This document shows, in pieces, positions 18,175 through 26,144 of a stretch of 64,000 bases of DNA. A model generated the notes under the pieces. It was not told where the DNA came from and did not search any database. It was given only the letters and a program-made list of their open reading frames with translations. The position numbers were made by a program, and so were the translations under genes. The stretch spans positions 3,184-67,183 of the forward strand of contig JAAZXI010000002.1 of NCBI GenBank assembly GCA_014240285.1. Reading direction: 5' to 3'. Each line of letters begins with the position of its first letter. The first letter of the stretch is position 1. This stretch comes from Methanobacteriota archaeon (GTDB taxonomy: Archaea > Thermoplasmatota > Poseidoniia > Poseidoniales > Thalassarchaeaceae).

Positions 18175-21100
18175 ACCACGCCTCTGGCCTCTCTCCGAGA
18201 TCCCCGTCGAACTCATCTTCACCATCACCAAAGCGTCCCTCGAGAGTCCTATCGACCTCATCGGGGTCGATGAACCATAGTAGTACTACAGTGAACAGTG
18301 TTAGCGCGCCCCCGATATAGAGGCAAGTGACGTAGTCGAATCTCTGAGTCATATTGCCTGTGAATAGATACGCCATCACTGCTGAGAGGTTGAACATCGA
18401 CATGTAGGCGGTGAACTGCGAGCCACCTGCCTTACTGAAGGTCAGCCTCATTGCCACGGCGATGACGCAAATCCACGCTACCCCGTTGATTACCGCCCTC
18501 ACGCACAGGTAGCCGACCATCAGATTCGTGTTGGTCCAGTAGTCGCTCATCAGAGCAAGAGATGCGTTTGATAGGGCAAGCAACGAGAAACCAATCATTG
18601 AGACTTCTCTGACTCCGAACCTGTCTCCGAGCATTCCTCCGACGATCTGCCCGAACATCATGAAGGCGATGACGACGCCACCGACGATTGCGTTGTACTT
18701 GGTCTGGGACCAACCTGCCTCGTTGATGAATATGTCAACAACGATTGGGTCTGTGAACAGATACAACTCGGAAAGCAGGCACAGGAATATCAGAATGAAG
18801 GAAGAGCGAGTGGAGAATCCCTTCACAATGTTGTAAGCAGTCTCTGAAGCAAGGGCGGAAGCCGGCATAGGATTCCGAATATCCGGGATGGATGCTCCAA
18901 GCCATCCAGCCAGCATTAGCAAGACTGAGGTCAGCAGACCCCACTTACCAATCGACTTCATCGGTGCGGCGATGTCTCCGAATGTCAACGCCCAATCTCC
19001 AGTATATGTGCTGGTAAGCTGGTGCAGGATGGCGAACAGCCCCCATATCAGAAGTGAGCCAATGCTGAGCCAGAGGATTAGTGCGGCTGGAGACATTCGG
19101 CTCTCGTAGAGATTAGTAGCTACCCAGCGGGCTTGCGTGAACTCCTCCGGGTGATCTGCCTCCCAGGGTAGTGCTTCTTCCGCCTCAATCGCCTCTTCAG
19201 CCTCAGCATACCAGACTTCTTCCTGCTCTTCCTTCTTGCTCCATGGGAACAGGCTGTTACTTGGCCTCTCACGCAAGAAGAGAGGTACCATCATAATCAG
19301 CACCAATAGTGGCAGTTGAACCATGATTGCTGATTTGATTCCGTAGGGAACAACTAGCATTCCAAGGACGGCTCCGCCGAAGATGATTCCACCTCTCTTA
19401 GAGGCGAACATCAGTCCGTTTACAGTGGCGACTTCATCCGGCTCGAGGATATCAACAGCCAGAGCATCGACGCTGACATCTTGCAGAGAGGAGAATAGAT
19501 TGTGGATGAATAGCAGTATAGTCACCAGTTCGATTGAAGCGACAAGGTCTGGGACCATCAGCAAGGTAGCAAGGGAGATAATCATGCCCGTCTCTGCGAA
19601 CAGGACCCAAGGTCGTCTAATTCCGTATTGAGGGAAAGTCACCATGTCGATGACTGGGCCCCAGATGAACTTGAATGTCCAAGGCAGATAGACGGTAGCG
19701 AATAGCAAGGCAATCTGCTCTACTGCGATTCCATTGGTTACCAGGAAAGCGACGAAGGCGACGTTGGCGAAGCCGGAGGGCAGGCCCTGGGCGACATAGA
19801 GGATGCACAGGGAGATGGTTCGAGACGCCTTGTTCTCGGTCAATGCCTCGCCATTTCTGAGGCCTCTGTAGAATTCACGGAATGAGAGAATAAACGCTAG
19901 GATAGCCCTTCTGAATCTTCTTCGTCTCTCTCGTTCTGCGGGGGTGCCGGGATTGTCAAAGTCGGCTATTGACCCAGCGGCATCGACAAAACGTTCAGCA
20001 TCGGACGATATCTTGGGCTTCAGCTTGGGCTTCAGCGCCGACAAGAACTTCCTGTCCCATCGCTCGGTGGTCATGATGAAACCCAGTAGGGCCATCACCA
20101 ATGCGAAGGGGACGAAGAACACGTACGAGCCAATAGAGATCAAGTCCTCTGCCGCTCCTGAGGCCAACTCACCATCAATGAGTATAACTCGGCGGGCATC
20201 GATTGGAGAGATACTGTCTTCGGAAACTTTCAGTCTCGCGTAGATCGTCGAGTTGCCTGATTCAAGGTGGGGGTCGAGTTTGACTCTCCAAGTAGCCCAG
20301 TCACCATTCTTCGACAGATCGGCCGCACCCTTCCACTCTCCGCCACCGACCTTTACTTCGACCAGCCCCAATCCCGGAGCGCCACCTGATGAGGTTCCGG
20401 CGATGTAGCTCTCATTGCCAATTTCCTGCAGGGTCAAGACATCCATTGAGACGTTCAGAGAGCGGTCGATGCTGCCTGCAGCCTCGACAAAGGCAACTGG
20501 GTCTGCCTGCCCATAGCCAAACTCGTTGTCAGGGCGGGTCTCCAGCAGACTACAGTCGTTGAACCCTGGATCATCGAGAATTGCAATTTCCCGCTCTATC
20601 GAGTAGGCCCCTATGATGTCCTTGAACTCGGTAGGGGTGATATCTGGATTGGCTTGTACCATTAACGCGGCTATCCCTGCCATCAGCGGTGTGGCCATGC
20701 TGGTGCCGGACTTGCTGGTGTAACCATCCTTGGTTAGAGCATCTGGTGCCATTATGCTAGATCCAATTGCGGCAACATCGGGCTTGATTCTCAAATCTGA
20801 GGTGTAGCCACGACTACTGTAGATAGCCAGACCCAAGTCCTTGTCGAGGGACGCAACAGTGACGGGGAGTCTCGCATCTCCTGGGCTGTCTATTGTATTA
20901 CAGCCGGCGAATGTAGCGCCGCCGAACTCGTTACCTGCAGATAGAGTGGTGATGATACCGGCCTCTACGACCATGTCCATCTGGCGGCTCCAAGCCGAGT
21001 TGCCATCATTGTCGACGTGAATCTCAAACTGTTGCTCCCCCAACGATGAGGTCACGATATCAATCCCGTGCTTGTCCTTGTTGTCAATCGCCCACTGAGC

Positions 21101-22075
21101 CCCTTGCATTACATCCTCAATGTCGCCGTCGCAGCAGGCTAGGATGGTAACTAGGTAGGCGCCGGGGGCTGCACCGACGTAACGCAGGCCGGTGCTTGGG
21201 TCTGACTGCCCTCCGCCGCTACCAGCTGCGATACCAGCTACGTGACTGCCATGTGTCCCAGAGTCATAGGATTCGGACGGATCATGTTCCTCGTCTGTGA
21301 ACACAGCGTCGAAGAATGCGATTATCTTCGGATCGCAATCGGCGGGAATGGGTTCCGGATTGGGATCGAGTGGATCGGGCGGGTCGTCAATGCAAGTGAA
21401 AGGGTCATCGTCCATGTCGTTGAGGCCCTCGTGGTCCCCCCGAACCCCAGTGTCGAGTATTGCAATAACAGATCCAGTTCCGTCTAGACCGAGGTCGTTC
21501 CAGACATCATCCACGCCCATGTTCGGGACAGCCTCATGCATGTTTGGCTCAGCGAGGCCGAGGTCCTCGACCATGACCACGCCAGGCAGTGAACGTATTC
21601 CCTCTGAATCTAGAATTGCTTCAAACGGAGCGGTGGCAGAGACTGTGTCTAGGTAGGTGAAACGGAAAGTCACCTCAACTCCGAGGCCCTCTAGAGCAGA
21701 AACATCGGCGTCGGTCGGATGATGATTGTAGTCTACGAACACCCTAGCGCTTCCCGGAGGAGCTCTTCTCCACCAGTCCTGCTGTAATTCGGCGGGCTGT
21801 TCGAGCAGCCACTCAAGCCTGTCATCCAGTTCGTTCGCATCCTTGTCGCGACTCCAGTGCAGCCACCAGTAGGGGTGGACATCGTGCTCGACCGAGGCAC
21901 TCCAGTTGCCCTCAGCGTCGAATCCTCCTGCCTCCTGAGTCGCCACGATGGTCGATGAGGCTAGAGGAAGGAGGAAGAGCAGAACTATTGCCGCGGCCAG
22001 CGCTCCAGAGCGTCCTACCATTGGTAGGACGAAAGTGAGGTGGTGTTTGAGACTTAGGTAGTCGGCAGTCGTCAA
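18143..22075 (-). CDS. fusion protein: secreted S8 subtilisin-like protease plus TM linker plus AmpG/PAT-family MFS permease
   Basis: 1310 aa. The signal-like segment is MVGRSGALAAAIVLLFLLPLASS, so the probable true start is 22021. The S8 triad contexts are AILDTGV (D208), GTHGSHVAG (H275) and SGTSMATPLMAG (S458). A TM spans 646-669 and a basic linker follows. The C-terminal ~550 aa is polytopic, with YVAQGLPSGF and FKFIWGPVIDM...GIRRPWVL, which matches the AmpG family signature as I recall it. Confidence 0.8.
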   Translation of the reverse strand: MTTADYLSLKHHLTFVLPMVGRSGALAAAIVLLFLLPLASSTIVATQEAGGFDAEGNWSASVEHDVHPYWWLHWSRDKDANELDDRLEWLLEQPAELQQDWWRRAPPGSARVFVDYNHHPTDADVSALEGLGVEVTFRFTYLDTVSATAPFEAILDSEGIRSLPGVVMVEDLGLAEPNMHEAVPNMGVDDVWNDLGLDGTGSVIAILDTGVRGDHEGLNDMDDDPFTCIDDPPDPLDPNPEPIPADCDPKIIAFFDAVFTDEEHDPSESYDSGTHGSHVAGIAAGSGGGQSDPSTGLRYVGAAPGAYLVTILACCDGDIEDVMQGAQWAIDNKDKHGIDIVTSSLGEQQFEIHVDNDGNSAWSRQMDMVVEAGIITTLSAGNEFGGATFAGCNTIDSPGDARLPVTVASLDKDLGLAIYSSRGYTSDLRIKPDVAAIGSSIMAPDALTKDGYTSKSGTSMATPLMAGIAALMVQANPDITPTEFKDIIGAYSIEREIAILDDPGFNDCSLLETRPDNEFGYGQADPVAFVEAAGSIDRSLNVSMDVLTLQEIGNESYIAGTSSGGAPGLGLVEVKVGGGEWKGAADLSKNGDWATWRVKLDPHLESGNSTIYARLKVSEDSISPIDARRVILIDGELASGAAEDLISIGSYVFFVPFALVMALLGFIMTTERWDRKFLSALKPKLKPKISSDAERFVDAAGSIADFDNPGTPAERERRRRFRRAILAFILSFREFYRGLRNGEALTENKASRTISLCILYVAQGLPSGFANVAFVAFLVTNGIAVEQIALLFATVYLPWTFKFIWGPVIDMVTFPQYGIRRPWVLFAETGMIISLATLLMVPDLVASIELVTILLFIHNLFSSLQDVSVDALAVDILEPDEVATVNGLMFASKRGGIIFGGAVLGMLVVPYGIKSAIMVQLPLLVLIMMVPLFLRERPSNSLFPWSKKEEQEEVWYAEAEEAIEAEEALPWEADHPEEFTQARWVATNLYESRMSPAALILWLSIGSLLIWGLFAILHQLTSTYTGDWALTFGDIAAPMKSIGKWGLLTSVLLMLAGWLGASIPDIRNPMPASALASETAYNIVKGFSTRSSFILIFLCLLSELYLFTDPIVVDIFINEAGWSQTKYNAIVGGVVIAFMMFGQIVGGMLGDRFGVREVSMIGFSLLALSNASLALMSDYWTNTNLMVGYLCVRAVINGVAWICVIAVAMRLTFSKAGGSQFTAYMSMFNLSAVMAYLFTGNMTQRFDYVTCLYIGGALTLFTVVLLWFIDPDEVDRTLEGRFGDGEDEFDGDLGERPEAWYEEDEAVVTS

Positions 22076-22965
22076 TTGACCTGCATACCCTGATTGTCAT
22101 AGTCCCATTCGATGACTTCCCAACCAGCCTGTTCTATTGCAGAAACCGCTGCACTGACGCCCATTGGTGAGCAGAGCACCCCGACTGAACCACCGCCGCC
22201 TGCGCCTAGGGCCTTCCAAGCGACGACTGAACCAGCCTCCTGAAGCGGCGAGATTACGGTCCTGAACGGGTCGTGAATGGCAGGATCGAGCATATCTACG
22301 CCCTCGCAGACGTCCTTCAGGGCCTTCACAACGAGTTCTCGGCGGTCCCTCTGTAGTCCGTCTGCCATCGTCCTCGCGGCTCCTCTGATTAAATGCAGCC
22401 CAGAGAGCACAGACTGGTCGCCCTGATCATAGCGCTCCCAGACTCCTGAATGGATGTCACCGGACTTGTGCTCTATCCCGGTGTAGGCGATAACGAAGTG
22501 CTTGCGCAACCAGTTCCTAGCTGACTTCATCGGCTCGAACGGCATTTCCTCGACCTCGTCGCCGAGGAACAGGAGATGATTGAATCCGCCGCGCGCTGCA
22601 GCCCACTGGTCCTGCCTACCACCTCGATTCTCAAGCAGTGCCTCGAATTGAAAGGCCATCTCCGCTATGTCCTCCGGACTCTTACCCCCTCCTGCTATAG
22701 TGGCAATTAATCCGACATTCATCGCACCGCTGGTGCCGAGACCTGAGCCAGTCGGAATGTCGCTGCTGTACTCAACCCTGATGCGGCCATCGGAGTCCTT
22801 CTCCATCACACTGCGGATGTACTGATTGATGGCGAAATTTACGACCTCGCCGCCGAAATCTCCTGTGTAGGGTTGCACATCGGTCCAGCCCCCTGCGAGG
22901 TCGACTCTTACGGGTACTGACACTTCGATTCGCTCCGCCATGGTCGAGGCAGATATCCGGCCCAT
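22072..22965 (-). CDS. GHMP-family sugar kinase (HddA/fucokinase-like)
   Basis: 297 aa. It has VRVDLAGGWTDVQPY, the GHMP motif PTGSGLGTSGAMNVGLIA, GGRQDQWAAARGGFN, and the C-terminal KALGAGGGGSVGVL. Its stop overlaps the 5' end of the next ORF. Confidence 0.75.
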   Translation of the reverse strand: MGRISASTMAERIEVSVPVRVDLAGGWTDVQPYTGDFGGEVVNFAINQYIRSVMEKDSDGRIRVEYSSDIPTGSGLGTSGAMNVGLIATIAGGGKSPEDIAEMAFQFEALLENRGGRQDQWAAARGGFNHLLFLGDEVEEMPFEPMKSARNWLRKHFVIAYTGIEHKSGDIHSGVWERYDQGDQSVLSGLHLIRGAARTMADGLQRDRRELVVKALKDVCEGVDMLDPAIHDPFRTVISPLQEAGSVVAWKALGAGGGGSVGVLCSPMGVSAAVSAIEQAGWEVIEWDYDNQGMQVN

Positions 22966-23022
22966 GAGAAGGATTCGGTCTGCAACCGAAAATAACGGGT
23001 AGGTGAGGCCCCTCCGCTACTC

Positions 23023-23736
23023 ATGGCATCGGGCGTCGAGCAAGCCATCGCGGCGTTCGCTGCGGGCGACCCTGTGATGGTCTTCGACTCTGCATTTAGG
23101 GAGCGTGAGACTGATCTTCTGTGGCCTGCCGATGCTGCCACACCCGAAGTGATGCGGACACTGCGCAATGACTGCGGTGGGCTGCTCTTCCTCGCCATCG
23201 GCAACGAGGTTGGCGAACTGTTCGGCCTGCCGTGGCTGCAGGACATACACACTAATCCCGCACTAGTTGAGGAGAATCCGGTACTCGGGCTACTCATAAC
23301 CGACGACCTACAGTATGATACTCGCTCAGCATTCACTGTCTCACTAAACCACAGGGACACCTACACGGGAATCACTGACAGGGACCGATCCCTGACTACG
23401 CGGAGATTCGGTGAGTTGGCAGGGGAGTTGCTTGCAAGCGGTGCCGACGGTGAGACCGCGCGCGCCGCCCTCGGTGAGGAGTTTCGCACCCCTGGGCACA
23501 TCCCAGTTTGCAGAGAGTCGCCGCAGGGCCTCAAATCCCGACAGGGGCACACCGAGTTGGCCGTGTCGATAGCCCGGCTCTCTGGGCACTCGCCTTGCAC
23601 CATAGGTGCCGAGATGTTGCAGCCTGACGGTGACGGTGCTCTTTCGGTCGATGACGCGCGCGAATACGCTAGCAAACGTGGAATACCGATGATTACAGGC
23701 GATGATATACTCAAGGCACTGGAGATTGGCGAATGA
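23023..23736 (+). CDS. ribB: 3,4-dihydroxy-2-butanone 4-phosphate synthase (archaeal type)
   Basis: 237 aa. It has VMVFDSAFRERETDLL, TYTGITDRDRS, FRTPGHIPV and RQGHTELAVSIARLSG, and is collinear with the M. jannaschii RibB as I recall it. Confidence 0.85.
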   Translation: MASGVEQAIAAFAAGDPVMVFDSAFRERETDLLWPADAATPEVMRTLRNDCGGLLFLAIGNEVGELFGLPWLQDIHTNPALVEENPVLGLLITDDLQYDTRSAFTVSLNHRDTYTGITDRDRSLTTRRFGELAGELLASGADGETARAALGEEFRTPGHIPVCRESPQGLKSRQGHTELAVSIARLSGHSPCTIGAEMLQPDGDGALSVDDAREYASKRGIPMITGDDILKALEIGE

Positions 23737-23778
23737 GCGAAGCATTGAGGCAGGTCCGCGCGTTGGGGAGTTGAGAGC

Positions 23779-24237
23779 ATGGTTCGGGTGATGGCAGTTG
23801 GAGTGTTCGACCTCCTGCATGCAGGGCATCTGCACTACGTAGAGCAAGCCAAGTCTCTCGGAGATGAACTCGTCGTCGTCGTGGCTCATGATGACACGGT
23901 TCGCAAACAGAAGCATGAGCCAATTACAACGCACGAGTTGCGCAGGCGAATGGTGGCCGGACTGAAGCCGGTCGATGAGGCGATAATTGGCAACCCACCG
24001 TCAGTCCCGATATTCGACATCCTCGATGTCGTGAATCCGGATGTGGTGGCTCTTGGGTACGACCAAAAGCACTCGATCGATGCCATCCGAGCAGGAATGG
24101 AGAGTCAGGGGCACGGGCATATCGAGGTCGTCAGGGTCGAGGGACTTTCCGACGACTTAGATGGAACTAGGAAAATCATCTCTCGCATTCTCAACATATG
24201 GCCTGGTACGCAAGGCGGTCCATACGAGGAGGACTAG
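23779..24237 (+). CDS. ribL: FAD synthetase, archaeal CTP-dependent (cytidylyltransferase fold)
   Basis: 152 aa. It has GVFDLLHAGHLHYVEQAKSLGDELVVVVAHDDTV and LKPVDEAIIG. Confidence 0.85.
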   Translation: MVRVMAVGVFDLLHAGHLHYVEQAKSLGDELVVVVAHDDTVRKQKHEPITTHELRRRMVAGLKPVDEAIIGNPPSVPIFDILDVVNPDVVALGYDQKHSIDAIRAGMESQGHGHIEVVRVEGLSDDLDGTRKIISRILNIWPGTQGGPYEED

Positions 24238-24238
24238 G

Positions 24239-24844
24239 ATGTACACCGGAATCGTCTCCGGGATGTGCCAAGTTCTCGCAATTGAGGGCGGCGAGGAGAT
24301 ACGCAGCTTCGTCATCGAACTCGCTAGGCACGGAGATGACCTAGAGATTGGCGCTAGCGTCGCTCTCGACGGCGTTTGTATGACAGTGGTTGCGATTGAT
24401 GGCTCACAGATTCGCTTCGATGCGATTCCAGAAACTCTCGGGCGCACGACTTTTGGCAGTCTGGAAGAAGGCGATTGGGTAAATGTCGAGCGTTCGCTGA
24501 AAATGGGTGATGAGCTTGGCGGTCACATCCTATCGGGCCACGTGATGATGACCGCGCGGATTCTTGGAAAGACCGAGCGCGGAGAAGGCATTGACTTGAT
24601 TATCGAGAATCCGGAAGAGGCTCGTCCATACATTCTCGAAAAGGGCTTCATCGCCGTCGATGGCATGTCCCTGACCATCGGTGAGGTATCTGACGAGAGT
24701 TTTACCCTCCACATCATCCCCGAAACTCTGAGGATTACAACCATCGGAGATAAGGGAGTAGGGGGCAGCGTGAACATTGAGATTGATTCGCGTACCCAAG
24801 CGGTCGTTGAGACCGTGATGAGGAATCTGGGGGATAACGCGTGA
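24239..24844 (+). CDS. ribE: riboflavin synthase, two-barrel (bacterial/eukaryotic-type alpha chain)
   Basis: Starts MYTGIVSG, one nt after the ribL stop. It has the duplicated barrel motifs GASVALDGVCMTVV and GFIAVDGMSLTIG. The track ORF begins earlier (24161), inside ribL. Confidence 0.85.
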   Translation: MYTGIVSGMCQVLAIEGGEEIRSFVIELARHGDDLEIGASVALDGVCMTVVAIDGSQIRFDAIPETLGRTTFGSLEEGDWVNVERSLKMGDELGGHILSGHVMMTARILGKTERGEGIDLIIENPEEARPYILEKGFIAVDGMSLTIGEVSDESFTLHIIPETLRITTIGDKGVGGSVNIEIDSRTQAVVETVMRNLGDNA

Positions 24845-25236
24845 ACCTCGGGATAGTGTGCGGCGCTTTCCATCGCGAGTACGTCGAAAAGATGCTGGAA
24901 TACGCCCGCGACGAAGCCGCGACGAAGAACTGGGAGGTTGCCGAAGTGGCCTGGGTACCCGGCTCTATGGAAGCGCCATTAGCGCTTGACAGGATGCTTC
25001 AAAATGAGGATGTGCACGGCGCTGTGGTACTCGGCATAATTGAGCGGGGGCAGACTGATCACGGGCTGGTTATGGGGCAATCCGTGACCAAGGCAATCAT
25101 TGAGTTGCAGATATCGCACAACAAGCCGATTGGCCTCGGGATAATCGGCCCGGGGGCTGAACCTGAACACATCGAACCTCGGTTGGAATCGCATGCCCGC
25201 GCCGCTGTCGGAGCAGTCGCAGCGATGGTCGGTTAG
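24841..25236 (+). CDS. ribH: 6,7-dimethyl-8-ribityllumazine synthase (short archaeal form)
   Basis: 131 aa. The GTG start overlaps the ribE stop (GTGA). It has WVPGSMEAPLA and GAVVLGIIERGQTDH, collinear with archaeal RibH. Confidence 0.8.
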   Translation: MNLGIVCGAFHREYVEKMLEYARDEAATKNWEVAEVAWVPGSMEAPLALDRMLQNEDVHGAVVLGIIERGQTDHGLVMGQSVTKAIIELQISHNKPIGLGIIGPGAEPEHIEPRLESHARAAVGAVAAMVG

Positions 25237-26097
25237 TCACAGCCGCGTTGCTTTCAGAGTGAATGACAGAGGGATCGGAACATTGCCTTTCTTGAGTCGC
25301 CAGTAGTTGGGACGGGAAGAATCGAAGAACTCTGGCCACGGGGTAAAGAAGAGTTCATCGCGCTCGTTCAGGAACTCTATCTGGAAACCTCCTTCTATCA
25401 ACGCGTTGATGATGGTGTCGTAGCGGTATTCCCAGCAGTGCGTAACTCCTCTACCTGGCCATTCGGGATCTGCATAACTGCCCTCGCCAATCTCTGATAT
25501 TGGACCTTTGTTGAATAAATCGTATTTCGGAACTAAGCGCGAGCCGTTCGACCCCTCTTCTGGGTCTAGGATGTTTACCATCGGAGTACTCTCTTCAAAA
25601 TACAGAGTACCGCCCTGCTTGAGTAGGGCTGCGCACACCCGTGCCCACTCCTCCAGATCTGGCAACCAGCAGAGTGCGCCCCTTCCGGTGTAGATGATGT
25701 CAAACTTCTCGCCCTCGAGTACCTCGGCAGCTTCGGAGACCCTGCTCACCACGAATCTAGCATTGTCGAATCCGAGGATGTCTGCGAATCGCGCGGCCTC
25801 TGCTATCGCGTTCGGTGAAAAATCGAGACCAGTTACCTGCGCGCCCTCGCGTGCCCACGACAACGTGTCGGTGCCGATGTGGCACTGCATGTGGAGCAAC
25901 GATTTACCTTCGACTGGGCCCATCTCTTCGATTTCCCAAGGAGCCAGTTTCGACTCACCGGCCAGCCACTGCTCGATTCGGTAGAACTCCGCGCCACTCC
26001 CTTGAGCATGCATGTGGGCTATAGCATCCCACGACTCGAGATTGTCACGGATGCCTTCCTCGTCATCCGCAGGGGACGGTGCCGGCCTCCATGCCAT
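25237..26097 (-). CDS. class I SAM-dependent methyltransferase
   Basis: 286 aa. It has the motif I region LLHMQCHIGTDTLSWAREGAQVTGLDFSPNAIAEA and the post-I/II pattern FDIIYTGRGALCW. Confidence 0.7.
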   Translation of the reverse strand: MAWRPAPSPADDEEGIRDNLESWDAIAHMHAQGSGAEFYRIEQWLAGESKLAPWEIEEMGPVEGKSLLHMQCHIGTDTLSWAREGAQVTGLDFSPNAIAEAARFADILGFDNARFVVSRVSEAAEVLEGEKFDIIYTGRGALCWLPDLEEWARVCAALLKQGGTLYFEESTPMVNILDPEEGSNGSRLVPKYDLFNKGPISEIGEGSYADPEWPGRGVTHCWEYRYDTIINALIEGGFQIEFLNERDELFFTPWPEFFDSSRPNYWRLKKGNVPIPLSFTLKATRL

Positions 26098-26144
26098 GTG
26101 CTCTGGTTGGGCGGTTACGGTGAAATCTTATCGGAAGCGGTTCG

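Noticed and set aside
23344-23934. 196-aa and 139-aa minus-strand ORFs over ribB/ribL
   Set aside because: They are antisense to strongly conserved RibB and RibL sequence, with no motif.
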